64,000 nucleotides of DNA. Origin: Clostridiales bacterium (GTDB lineage Bacteria > Bacillota > Clostridia > Christensenellales > DTU072). The stretch covers positions 4,352-68,351 of the forward strand of contig JAAYOD010000045.1 in the NCBI GenBank assembly GCA_012520515.1. Reading direction: 5' to 3'. Below, one piece after another: positions 37,268-47,032 of this stretch; position 1 is the stretch's first letter, and each line of letters begins with the position of its first letter. The position numbers were made by a program, and so were the translations under genes. The notes under the pieces were generated by a model. It searched no databases. It was not told the DNA's origin and saw only the letters and a list, made by a program, of their open reading frames with translations.

Positions 37268-38524
37268 CTATTCTTTAGGAATATTCCTTGATTTATCAAA
37301 AGGCAAAAAACCATCATCTATTTCTCTTGCGTCGCAAGTATATGCTTGGTTCATTTCTACACCCCTTTTAACTATATCAAAGCCATAGCGGTCGCGCAAT
37401 TTATCAACTTTTTTATCAATCTCTTTTTCTCTTTGGCTTTGATTATCAAAGATGGAGCTTTGAGCTAAAGTGTCTTTTGATACCAGCTTATATGTGCCTA
37501 CCGTTATCATGCGCAAAGGGGGGTTTTCGCCAAAGCTATAATGTTTTCTCAAAATACCAAGCGCCATTTCTGCTATATCTTTTGCGTTAGCGGTAAAAGA
37601 TATTCTCATCTCTTGCCTAGTAAAAGAACGCAACATATTGTCCTTAACTGTAAGTGAAACACCGCCTGATAGAAGTCCATATTTTCTTAGGCGGAAAGCA
37701 ATAACTTCGCTAAGGGAATAGATAAGTGACGTTGCGCTTTCTGAATCGCAAATATCTTGCTCTGTTGTACAGCCGTTGCTGACGCTTTCAGGCATCTCAA
37801 AAAGATTGTAGGGATTAACTCCATCTTCTTCAATGCCGTTTGCCGCGTCATAAATCTTTTCGCCCACTTTACCTAGCATTTCTTTTAACGAAACTTTTGG
37901 CGTGTTTGCTAACTCGCCTATGGTGTAAATGCCTGCTTTTGCTAGCTTTTTTTGAGTGGATTTTCCAATAAAAAGCAGTTCATTTACTTTTAACTTCCAG
38001 ACAATATCTTTATAATTATCTCTATTTATAACTGTCACGGCATCAGGTTTTTTATAGTCGCTTCCTAGCTTTGCAAAAATTTTTGTAAAGGATACTCCGA
38101 CAGAAATCGTTAATCCAGTTTCTTTTTTTACCCTTTCTCTAAGAATATTTGCTAAGTTTTCTCCGCTACCGTACTCTCTTTCGCAACCTGTGACATCTAG
38201 CCAACATTCGTCTATTCCAAAACTTTGCACAAAAGGCGTATACTTCATATAAATGTTATAAATAATGTTGGAATACTTCATATATTGCTTGTATTCAGGC
38301 GGGACTAGGATAAGATTTTGACATTTTCTCTTAGCTTCAAAAATAGTATCACCTGTTTTTACGCCATCTTTTTTTGCAAGCTCATTTTTTGCCAGCACAA
38401 TACCGTGACGCTTTTCGGGGTCACCGCAAACAGCGACTGCTTTTCCTTTGAGCGCTGGATTAAGTTTCATTGCTACGGACGCATAAAAATTATTGATATC
38501 CGCATGTAAAATTATTTTGTTCAT
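37268..38524 (-). CDS. dinB: DNA polymerase IV (Y-family, DinB)
   Basis: 418 aa. HADINNFYASV, SIDECWLDVT catalytic motifs, little-finger domain. Confidence 0.9.
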   Translation of the reverse strand: MNKIILHADINNFYASVAMKLNPALKGKAVAVCGDPEKRHGIVLAKNELAKKDGVKTGDTIFEAKRKCQNLILVPPEYKQYMKYSNIIYNIYMKYTPFVQSFGIDECWLDVTGCEREYGSGENLANILRERVKKETGLTISVGVSFTKIFAKLGSDYKKPDAVTVINRDNYKDIVWKLKVNELLFIGKSTQKKLAKAGIYTIGELANTPKVSLKEMLGKVGEKIYDAANGIEEDGVNPYNLFEMPESVSNGCTTEQDICDSESATSLIYSLSEVIAFRLRKYGLLSGGVSLTVKDNMLRSFTRQEMRISFTANAKDIAEMALGILRKHYSFGENPPLRMITVGTYKLVSKDTLAQSSIFDNQSQREKEIDKKVDKLRDRYGFDIVKRGVEMNQAYTCDAREIDDGFLPFDKSRNIPKE

Positions 38525-38526
38525 TA

Positions 38527-39102
38527 TTATCTTTGTAAAAGCTTATTAATTTGTTTTTCCAGATAATTCAAATCGCCATTATTATAAATGATATCGGTAG
38601 CTAATCTCTTTAAGTCGTCGTGATATCTTTTTTGTGAACTAATTTTGGCAAGAGCCAATTCTTTTGTCACAATATCTCGTTTCATAATGCGCTGTAAACG
38701 AACTTCATTTTTGCTCTCTACAAGCCATACTTTATCAAATAAAGGCGCTAGATTGCTATCTGCTAGCAGTGGAATCTCTACAAATATATCCCCTTTTGCA
38801 CCTTTTATAATATCTATAAGCCTATTTATAATTGCTGGGTGGCTAAGGCTGTTTAGCAACTTTCGCTTACTCTCATCTGTAAAAATAATTTTGGCAAGAG
38901 CCTTTTTATCTAGTTTGCCATTAATAAAAATACCTGTACCAAAATTTTCTTTTAGTTCCTTAAGATAACTATCGTCTTTTAATAATTCATTGTTTATCTC
39001 GTCAGTGCTGTAAATGTCAAAACCATACTTTTTTAGTATGCTAAGAACGCTGCTTTTACCGCTACCTATAAGTCCTGTTATGCATATTTTCATTTTAATC
39101 AA
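38527..39102 (-). CDS. coaE: Dephospho-CoA kinase
   Basis: 191 aa. P-loop ITGLIGSGKS. Start overlaps polA stop by 4 nt. Confidence 0.9.
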   Translation of the reverse strand: MIKMKICITGLIGSGKSSVLSILKKYGFDIYSTDEINNELLKDDSYLKELKENFGTGIFINGKLDKKALAKIIFTDESKRKLLNSLSHPAIINRLIDIIKGAKGDIFVEIPLLADSNLAPLFDKVWLVESKNEVRLQRIMKRDIVTKELALAKISSQKRYHDDLKRLATDIIYNNGDLNYLEKQINKLLQR

Positions 39103-41645
39103 GCCTCATACCAGTTTTTGCCTAGCGAAATGCTCACAGTTAAAGGCACAGTTAGCTCTACTGCATTTTCCATACTTTGACGCAACAGTTTTTTAACAAT
39201 CTCTTGTTCTTCTAGCGGTACATCTAAAATTAATTCGTCATGCACTTGCAAAATTAATTTAGCTTTGAGATTGTTTTCTTTTAACGCCTTTGTTACATTT
39301 AACATAGCAATTTTAATGATATCGCTGGCGCTCCCTTGCAAAGGCATATTCATAGCTGCCCTTTTGCCAAATTCCTTTATGTTATATTTTGGTGAAGCAA
39401 GTTCAGGGAAATGTCGTATTCTGCCTTTAAGCGTACGCAAATACCCTTGCTCTTTAGCTGATTTTACATTGGAATCGATATATTTTTTAACTGCTGGATA
39501 TTCTTTAAAATATTCGTCTATAAAAATTTTGGCTTGATAATTGCTCACTTTAGCATTTTTAGCAAGTCCAAAGCTGCTTATGCCGTAAATAATGCCAAAA
39601 TTAACAGCCTTTGCTGATGCGCGCATTTCTTCGGTGACACAGTCAAGTGGTACATTAAAGATTTTTGATGCTGTAAGACTATGCACATCTATATTATTTT
39701 TGTATGCGTTAACCAAGTGTTCGTCTTGAGAAAAATGAGCAAGCAAACGCAACTCTATTTGGGAATAATCAGCGCTTATAAGAACACCTTTAGACGATAC
39801 AAACATTTTTCTAATTTCTCTGCCTTCTTGCGTTCTTACGGGGATATTTTGCAAGTTAGGCTCTGTTGATGACAGCCTGCCTGTTGCTGTCAAACATTGA
39901 TTAAACACGGTGTGCACTTTATTAGTTGCCTTGTTCATAACACTGCGCATACCATCTATATAGGTGGACTTTAGCTTAGTCAGCGTACGATACCTAAGTA
40001 GCGAATTTATAATAGGATGTTCTAATTCTTCTAAAACTTCAGCAGAAACAGACAGTCCTGTCTTGGTCTTTTTGCCGTGCGTAAGTCCTAGCTTATTAAA
40101 TAAAATATGGCTAAGCTGTTTGTTGGAGTTTACATTAAATTCTTTCCCTGCCATAAAATGAATTTCTTTTACAAGGTCGGCAATTTGAGATGTGTACTCT
40201 TTATCTAGCTCATCAAGCACAAAGATATCTAGTTTAAATCCTTCCTGTTCCATGTCGTAAAGGCATTCAATTAGGGGTAACTCAATATTTCTATATAATT
40301 CTACAAGCTCTTTTTCTTCAAGTATTTTGTTTAGGATTTCATCTAATTTTAATAGCTGACTAGCTAGATTATTTTCCGACAATCCATAATCTGTGCAAAC
40401 TTGTTTTGCGCTTTTAATAACCTTATTGGGATTAATTAAGTAAGCTTTAAGCAGCACATCTTCATAGGGCGCTGACGGCATTATGCCAAAGTTTTTAAGA
40501 GTATAAAAATTTTGTTTGGCGTCAAAGAAAATATTGATATAATCTAAAGAAAACAAGGGCGCTAAAATTTCCGCAACTTCATAATCAGTTATGCCTGTCC
40601 CAAATAAGTCATTGGTTACTGATATATTAAGCTCTTTATCACCATAGGCAACGGCAATACTATCTTGCCACAGCACACACACTTTACTACCTAGCGGTAT
40701 TTCTTTTATTTGCTTAGAAAGCTCATCTTTATTGTTAATTTCTATATTCTCAATCTTTACTTCGTCAATAGGGTTGCTTATTTTGGTATCCTTATAATCA
40801 AAACGGGAAATAAGATTGGTAAACTCCAGCCTTTGCATAAAATCTCTTGCAGACAGTGGCAATGGATATTCAAACCTTAAATCGTCAATATCACAATCTA
40901 ATTCTACTTTTGTTTCAATAGTGGCAAGGTCTTTCGATAAATAGACAAGCTCTTTTGATTCAATAAGCCTTTCTTTTAGCTTGCCTTTAATTTGGTCTAT
41001 GTTGCTATATATACCGTCAATAGTGCCAAATTCATCTAGCAGCTTTGTTGCGGTCTTAACGCCCACTCCTAAAGCTCCCGGAATGTTGTCAGAACTATCG
41101 CCTGCAAGTCCTTTAAATTCTATAATTTTATTTGGGGTAAAGCCTTCTTCTTCAAGTTCATTTAATGTATAAACTTTAACATCGCTAACTCCTCTTCTAG
41201 TGTTAAAAACTGTGGTGCTTTGGTCCACTAGTTGCAAGGTGTCGCGGTCACCGCTAACTATGATTGTAGGCACATTAAAGCGCTTGGACAGTGTACCGAT
41301 TATGTCGTCGCCCTCCACTCCTTCTTTAAGCAATATCTTTATGCCCATTAGCTGTAAAAGTTCTTGCAAAACGGGGATTTGCATAGCTAATTCTTCACTC
41401 ATTGGCTTTCTATTGGCCTTATACTCTTTGTATTTTTCATGTCTAAAAGTTTTTGCTTTGCAATCAAATACAGCGCCAATGTGAGTAGGTTTTTGCTCAG
41501 CAATAAGTTTTTGAAGCATAGAAATAAAACCTAAAATACCGTTTGTATACAACCCTTCATTTGTCATAAGGGGCGGCAATGCATAAAATGCGCGGTTTAT
41601 TAAGCTGTTGCTGTCAAGTAAAATTAGCTTCTGATTAGCTTTCAA
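39099..41645 (-). CDS. polA: DNA polymerase I
   Basis: 848 aa. TTG start. 5'-nuclease domain (LILLDSNSLINRAFYA, GVGVKTA), 3'-5' exo-like region, pol motifs A/B/C (SADYSQIELR, RASAKAVNFGIIYG, LQVHDELI). Confidence 0.95.
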   Translation of the reverse strand: MKANQKLILLDSNSLINRAFYALPPLMTNEGLYTNGILGFISMLQKLIAEQKPTHIGAVFDCKAKTFRHEKYKEYKANRKPMSEELAMQIPVLQELLQLMGIKILLKEGVEGDDIIGTLSKRFNVPTIIVSGDRDTLQLVDQSTTVFNTRRGVSDVKVYTLNELEEEGFTPNKIIEFKGLAGDSSDNIPGALGVGVKTATKLLDEFGTIDGIYSNIDQIKGKLKERLIESKELVYLSKDLATIETKVELDCDIDDLRFEYPLPLSARDFMQRLEFTNLISRFDYKDTKISNPIDEVKIENIEINNKDELSKQIKEIPLGSKVCVLWQDSIAVAYGDKELNISVTNDLFGTGITDYEVAEILAPLFSLDYINIFFDAKQNFYTLKNFGIMPSAPYEDVLLKAYLINPNKVIKSAKQVCTDYGLSENNLASQLLKLDEILNKILEEKELVELYRNIELPLIECLYDMEQEGFKLDIFVLDELDKEYTSQIADLVKEIHFMAGKEFNVNSNKQLSHILFNKLGLTHGKKTKTGLSVSAEVLEELEHPIINSLLRYRTLTKLKSTYIDGMRSVMNKATNKVHTVFNQCLTATGRLSSTEPNLQNIPVRTQEGREIRKMFVSSKGVLISADYSQIELRLLAHFSQDEHLVNAYKNNIDVHSLTASKIFNVPLDCVTEEMRASAKAVNFGIIYGISSFGLAKNAKVSNYQAKIFIDEYFKEYPAVKKYIDSNVKSAKEQGYLRTLKGRIRHFPELASPKYNIKEFGKRAAMNMPLQGSASDIIKIAMLNVTKALKENNLKAKLILQVHDELILDVPLEEQEIVKKLLRQSMENAVELTVPLTVSISLGKNWYEA

Positions 41646-42720
41646 GTTTCATATCCCCTTCCTTTATCCAACCTTTCTTGCGCATAAATTCACTTACAAA
41701 AAAGCAAACTATGGCAGGTATTATAAAGAATAATAGCGCAATTCCCAGTCCTATTTTCCAATCAGGTATTACTCCTAGACTTGCATCAATTGTGCCAAAT
41801 ACGCCAACCAGCCCTGAGGTGCCCATGCCGCCGCCTGAGGCATTGCAGCGAAGTTTGAATAAGCAAGTGGACATTGGGCCTACAATAGCGCTTGCTATAA
41901 TTGGCGGTATAAGTATTTTGGGACGGCGCATTAGGTTGGGAATTTGCAACATACTAGTGCCTAGTCCTTGCGCAATTAGCCCGCCCCATCTATTTTCTCT
42001 AAAGCTTTGTATGGCAAAGCCTACCATGTGCGCTGCGCACCCTACAACTGCCGCTCCGCCTGCTAAAAGCATGGTGTCCGATGTATTGCCAGCAGCTATC
42101 GCTACCCAAATAGCAGCAGACGATGTAGGAAGTGTCAATAATAGTCCCATGCTTACAGCTATAACTATGCCCATAACAAATGGTGTTGCTTCAGTGGCAA
42201 TCTCAATGCCTTTTGCAATTAAATTTATAAATTTTATCATAGGCCACGCTGCAAAAATTGCTAACGATGAAACTATAAGAATAGTCATTGGCACCACAAT
42301 AATATCTACCTTAGTCTTGCCTGATACAAGTATGGCAAGTTCAATTGCAAATAGCGCAACAATATAAGCGCCAATAGGATTGCCAGGCGCAAGCGTCGGG
42401 GCAAATGTGCCTGCAATAATTTGGTCGGCAAAAGCTCCGATATATCCAGCTACTGCTCCGCCAAACAGCGCAAGCTTTGGCGCTTTTAGAGAGTGCGCAA
42501 TACCCACTCCAATTCCTGCGCCCATAAGCAGTTTGGCAACATTTGCAATAGATGTAAACAGCCTGCCTACTGCATTATCCCCTATCCATCTAGCAAGCAA
42601 CGCAAAAATCGTGCCAGCTATAAGAGTTACAAACAAGCCTGATGCCATACCTGAAAAGGCATCAATAAACCAGCGCTTTGCAAGCTTGGAAACTATATTG
42701 CCCTTTTTTTCTTTAGTCAT
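41635..42720 (-). CDS. Polytopic membrane protein, PTS EIIC_2-like (PF13303-type), no EIIA/EIIB nearby
   Basis: 361 aa, about 10 TM, Gly/Ala-rich. The family call is from recalled resemblance of the N-terminal region. ATGA overlap with the upstream patatin gene. Confidence 0.55.
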   Translation of the reverse strand: MTKEKKGNIVSKLAKRWFIDAFSGMASGLFVTLIAGTIFALLARWIGDNAVGRLFTSIANVAKLLMGAGIGVGIAHSLKAPKLALFGGAVAGYIGAFADQIIAGTFAPTLAPGNPIGAYIVALFAIELAILVSGKTKVDIIVVPMTILIVSSLAIFAAWPMIKFINLIAKGIEIATEATPFVMGIVIAVSMGLLLTLPTSSAAIWVAIAAGNTSDTMLLAGGAAVVGCAAHMVGFAIQSFRENRWGGLIAQGLGTSMLQIPNLMRRPKILIPPIIASAIVGPMSTCLFKLRCNASGGGMGTSGLVGVFGTIDASLGVIPDWKIGLGIALLFFIIPAIVCFFVSEFMRKKGWIKEGDMKLES

Positions 42721-43892
42721 GCTTCCCCCTTAGTTTTTAAGTCCTTAATAATTATGTTAAACAAATTGTGTTCTCTTATCATTTTTTCGTTTTTATCGTG
42801 GTTATCAAGTATGTTAGTATTATAACAGAGTTCTTGCGCTTTACCAATAAATTCCTTAAGTGAATATATAAAAAATCTTTCTAAATTTAAAAGCAAAGCA
42901 AACTTTTCTAAAAAATGCAAAAAGTTTTGCTCATTGGTCAATGTTTTATTCTTTTTGCAATTGCGATAAATAGCGCTTATCACATCAATTTTTGACGCAT
43001 TTGGTTTTAACTTGTACAGGGAAGCTATTTTACTTATTGCGTCATTGCTAAGACTAAATAGTAACTCATTGATTTCATAGTATTCAGCTTGCAGATAATA
43101 CTTATACCCAGTAAGCTTACGCATCATTTTGAGCGCATCATAATAACCTAATTTTATGTTGTATTTTATCTTATCAGGATTTATTTCCGTTACTTTACCA
43201 AGCCATTCGTTAGGCTGTATAATTTTTAGTTTCACTGACGAATCCACAAGCGGACGCATCTTTTTGCTTCCCGTTCTTACGGCTATTATTTCGTCGTATT
43301 TACTTTTTCTTATCAGCGCATTTATGGGCAAATTATCATAAACTCCACCGTCTAGGTAGTATTTTCCGTTTATTTTTGCCATTTTAAATATAGGAAAGTA
43401 TGCACTAGCAAAGACAAAATCGCATAAATATCCATAGGGAATGTCTTCAAGGTGAAGTTCTAGCGGTTTTTTGTCTGATATGCAAAATGTAACAATGGCA
43501 AAATCGCGCCCTGAATTTCTTATTTTATCTTCGTCAATATACCGTTTTAAAAATGGAATAACCTTGTCGGTAGGAACGCCAAAGTTCTTAATTATGGCAA
43601 TGGCTTTCTCTATCCAAAATCTCATGGATTGCGATTGCGGCTTTTGACTAAAAAAAAGGCGCGCGGCTTCGTTATTTTCGACATCAATAACATCAGATAT
43701 CTTGATATTAGTCCACATATCAAGACATACTTCATAATTGTCGTCTTGCACTATCATTGCGCCATTTACAGCGCCAATAGATGTGCCAGCGACGCCGTCA
43801 AAAGAATATCCGTTATCATACAGCGCTTTTACTGCGCCTACATGATAAGCGCCTTTTGCGCCACCGCCTTCCAAAACCAAACCTATTTTCAT
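42717..43892 (-). CDS. Patatin-like phospholipase with about 190-aa C-terminal extension
   Basis: 391 aa. Oxyanion GGGAKGAYHVG, nucleophile GTSIGA, catalytic DGG (YYLDGGVYDN). Confidence 0.85.
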   Translation of the reverse strand: MKIGLVLEGGGAKGAYHVGAVKALYDNGYSFDGVAGTSIGAVNGAMIVQDDNYEVCLDMWTNIKISDVIDVENNEAARLFFSQKPQSQSMRFWIEKAIAIIKNFGVPTDKVIPFLKRYIDEDKIRNSGRDFAIVTFCISDKKPLELHLEDIPYGYLCDFVFASAYFPIFKMAKINGKYYLDGGVYDNLPINALIRKSKYDEIIAVRTGSKKMRPLVDSSVKLKIIQPNEWLGKVTEINPDKIKYNIKLGYYDALKMMRKLTGYKYYLQAEYYEINELLFSLSNDAISKIASLYKLKPNASKIDVISAIYRNCKKNKTLTNEQNFLHFLEKFALLLNLERFFIYSLKEFIGKAQELCYNTNILDNHDKNEKMIREHNLFNIIIKDLKTKGEA

Positions 43893-43898
43893 TTTTCC

Positions 43899-46800
43899 CT
43901 ACTTTAGAATCATACGGAATTTAAGTTTGTGTTCTTCCTTAGGTAAAATCTTATACTGCTTTTTAAGCATGGCAATAGCTGGCATATCTCCGCCTACGCC
44001 TCTTTGTCTTCCATCTATGTTTACCGTATAATAATTTAATCTGTTAAGTTCATGCAAATGCTGCGCTCTATCAAGCATTTCCAGCGTGTATGGGTGAACG
44101 GAAAACTCAAATGGTTTTTCTTCGGCAAGTATAGCCATACCTTCTTTTTCTCCACCTAGATTAAGATATCTAGCTTCAGTATGATTGCCATTTTCTTGGG
44201 GATAGAAATAGTCGTGTATAAAATCTTCAGCTACGCCCTTGTAGTTCTTTAATAGTGCGGCTGTGCTTCGATCACAATAATTTTCGAATGGACCTTTGGC
44301 ATAAAATTCCATTTCCTTAACATCTTCACGCGTTGCAAAAGTAAATCCGTATCTTATAAGCGGTCTTCTGCCAATCACTCTCATAGAAAATCCTATTTCA
44401 TCATTACCAATTTGATACTCCGTGACAAGTTTGCGTAAAAACTTCATTTTCCAATTAATTTTGACATTGATAACGCCATCTGTTTTGCTTACCTTTATGT
44501 TCTTAGGCGCAAGTTTTTTCATTGCGTCGCGGAATTTATAGACGCCTAAAAGTTTTTTAAGCAGTGGCATATTGACTTGCGCTAGCTTATCATTATCTAT
44601 ACTTGCGCGGTAAAAATTGGGAACAATAGGCGAACGCAGTTTTTCTTTATTATCTTTGCTAATACTGGTAATTTCCCCTGTTGTTTTGTCTATTATCACT
44701 CTCATATCAGAGTTGCATATAGATAACTCCCAAGCGGTTTCTGAACAATTTAGATTACCTTCAATAGGCATTAGTTCAAGCTTTGGTTGATTGATAATAA
44801 ACTGCTCATAACTAAGCACATGGCCTTTTGTCAGCATACCTTTATCAAAGGGTAGCTGTATTTCGCAAAGTAAACTAATTTCGTCATTTAAATCATACTC
44901 TGGCAAGGATATAGCAAGTTTGCCTTTTTGCCCTGGCAATATTGACGGCAAGGTATAGGTTTTGCTATCTATCTCTAAGCCGTTTGCAAAAACAGTAACT
45001 TTTGCAAGATAGTTTTCTAGGTCGGTAAACATAAACCTATTGTTTATCAAAAATGCGCCGTCTTGATATTCTATAACCATTTGAGCATATTGTTTTTTAA
45101 CTTCATATAGCGCAGGATTGGGAACTCTGTCGCCACGCACTATACCATTAAAGGCAAAGCTTCCGCTATTTGGTTTGTCGCCAAAATCGCCGCCATAACG
45201 CCATTCTGTAACGCCATTATTATTAACTTTTATTGCTTGATCAGCAAAATCCCATATATATCCGCCTGCTAACCTATCATACTTTTTGAATACTTCCCAA
45301 TAATCAGCAAAGTTGCCAAGGCTGTTGCCCATACAGTGTGAATATTCGCATTGGATATAAGGTAAATCTCTATAAGTTTCTGGCTTGTAAGTGACGCCTA
45401 GCGGTCTAAATACAGTAAACTTGCAATGTGGCACTTTTAGGTTTTGTCCAATGGCTTCCATCTTTTCTAGCGGTGCATACATTTCGCTGAAAACATCGCT
45501 ACATTTGCCTGTAACATCTTCTTCATAGTGAATAAAGCGTGTATCGTCAATTTTAAGCACTTCTTCTTTCATTTTGAAAAAAGCTTTGCCAAAGCCTGAC
45601 TCATTACCTAGCGACCAGCTTATAATGCAAGGGTGGTTTTTGTAGGTATTTACCATATTGCTTACCCTGTATACACACTGCTCTGTCCACTTGGGGTGAC
45701 TGTTTGGTATCATAAAGCTAAGTCCGTGTGTTTCTAAGTTGTTTTCACACATAACTAAGATACCATACTTATCGCACAAATCATAAAATGCTGCGCTGCT
45801 AGGGTAATGGCTAGTTCTTATCGCTGTAATATTGTTTTCTAAACAAATCTTAATATCTTGCTCTATCATTTCTGGCGTAACAGCGTGTCCTACTTCGGGG
45901 TGAAAATCATGACGATTTACGCCACATATTTTAAGCGGTTTTCCATTTAGCAATATAAATGGTCCCCTGCCCTCTGCCATAGGCACAATCTCTACTTTGC
46001 GGAAGCCAAAGTTGGCTTTTCTTCTGTCTAAAAATTTATCGCCGTCTTTTAGCGTTAGTTCTATGGTGTAAAGATTGGGGAATTCGTGTGACCAAAGCGC
46101 AAACTGGCTCACTTCGCCTTCTAAAAGTGTGTTTACTTCAGTTATGTCTGCTTTTTGATTATAAATAATGGTATTATTTGCATCGTATAAATTTATTTCT
46201 AAATTTGGTTTTTTGCACAGGTCTAAATTTTCAATTTTGGTATCTACAACTACCTTTGCTCTGGAAAAATTGTCAAACAATTCACTTCTTGCAAAAAAGT
46301 CAGCAATTTGGGAGGTAGGTTTGTATATTAAATCTACATCTCTGAATATTCCAGCTAGTCGCCACATATCTTGGTCTTCTAAATAACTGCCTGTGCAGTA
46401 GCGGTAAACGGTAACAGCAAGCTTGTTTTGTCCGTCTTTTACATAGTCGGTAATTTCATATTCTTGAAAATCAAAAGTATCTTCACTATATCCTACAAAA
46501 TGTCCATTTACATAAATGTCCGCTGCAGAATTAATACCTCCAAAGCGCAAAAATACTCTATCTGAACCACGCATTACGCTAAAGTATGTAATGTACATTC
46601 CTGCAGAATTTTTACTTGCCTTTACATAGGGTACTAATAAAGGGTTTTTGCTAACTAAGGCATGAGGATAAGCAATGTTTGTATAAATTGGCGTATCATA
46701 GCCTTGGAATTGCCAATTGCTTGGCACTTTTATTTTGTCAAATCTTATGTCGCTAAAATCTAATGTGTGATAATCAGGAATGATTTCAGAAATATTTTTA

Positions 46801-46934
46801 CAAAACTTAAATTTCCATTCGCCGTTTAGAGAAACTTTTTTGTAATTGCCATTGTTATCAATGGGAAAACCGCTTGCGTACCTTTCGATTGAATTTACAT
46901 TATATTTATTGAAATTTTTCCAAAATTTTGGCAT
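43899..46934 (-). CDS. lacZ: Beta-galactosidase, glycoside hydrolase family 2
   Basis: 1011 aa. GH2 sugar-binding, TIM barrel with acid/base WSLGNESG and nucleophile region CEYSHCMGNS, Bgal_small_N C-terminal domain. Confidence 0.9.
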   Translation of the reverse strand: MPKFWKNFNKYNVNSIERYASGFPIDNNGNYKKVSLNGEWKFKFCKNISEIIPDYHTLDFSDIRFDKIKVPSNWQFQGYDTPIYTNIAYPHALVSKNPLLVPYVKASKNSAGMYITYFSVMRGSDRVFLRFGGINSAADIYVNGHFVGYSEDTFDFQEYEITDYVKDGQNKLAVTVYRYCTGSYLEDQDMWRLAGIFRDVDLIYKPTSQIADFFARSELFDNFSRAKVVVDTKIENLDLCKKPNLEINLYDANNTIIYNQKADITEVNTLLEGEVSQFALWSHEFPNLYTIELTLKDGDKFLDRRKANFGFRKVEIVPMAEGRGPFILLNGKPLKICGVNRHDFHPEVGHAVTPEMIEQDIKICLENNITAIRTSHYPSSAAFYDLCDKYGILVMCENNLETHGLSFMIPNSHPKWTEQCVYRVSNMVNTYKNHPCIISWSLGNESGFGKAFFKMKEEVLKIDDTRFIHYEEDVTGKCSDVFSEMYAPLEKMEAIGQNLKVPHCKFTVFRPLGVTYKPETYRDLPYIQCEYSHCMGNSLGNFADYWEVFKKYDRLAGGYIWDFADQAIKVNNNGVTEWRYGGDFGDKPNSGSFAFNGIVRGDRVPNPALYEVKKQYAQMVIEYQDGAFLINNRFMFTDLENYLAKVTVFANGLEIDSKTYTLPSILPGQKGKLAISLPEYDLNDEISLLCEIQLPFDKGMLTKGHVLSYEQFIINQPKLELMPIEGNLNCSETAWELSICNSDMRVIIDKTTGEITSISKDNKEKLRSPIVPNFYRASIDNDKLAQVNMPLLKKLLGVYKFRDAMKKLAPKNIKVSKTDGVINVKINWKMKFLRKLVTEYQIGNDEIGFSMRVIGRRPLIRYGFTFATREDVKEMEFYAKGPFENYCDRSTAALLKNYKGVAEDFIHDYFYPQENGNHTEARYLNLGGEKEGMAILAEEKPFEFSVHPYTLEMLDRAQHLHELNRLNYYTVNIDGRQRGVGGDMPAIAMLKKQYKILPKEEHKLKFRMILK

Positions 46935-47032
46935 CTTTATAACCTCTATATTTTTTTAATATTATAACATGAATATATGTAAAAATTCAATATGTTTTGT
47001 CATAAATATACATTTATTAAATATAATTAAGT

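Noticed and set aside
41678-42367. 229-aa plus-strand ORF (plus 42380..42733, 117 aa) antisense to the EIIC-like membrane protein gene
   Set aside because: It lies entirely opposite a well-supported Gly/Ala-rich membrane protein gene. Its translation is low-complexity Ala/Pro/Ser/Ile mirror sequence with no RBS. This is a typical stop-poor antisense frame artefact.
42717-43892. Patatin-like phospholipase as a CBASS or other anti-phage effector
   Set aside because: No cyclase/CD-NTase, SAVED/STING sensor, Cap2/3 or other defence partner is present within tens of kb. The gene is embedded in a housekeeping-type operon.
43899-46934. lacZ as possible cloning-vector contamination
   Set aside because: The protein shares only family-level GH2 motifs with E. 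coli LacZ. Its codon usage matches the rest of the window, and it is tightly linked to native neighbours.
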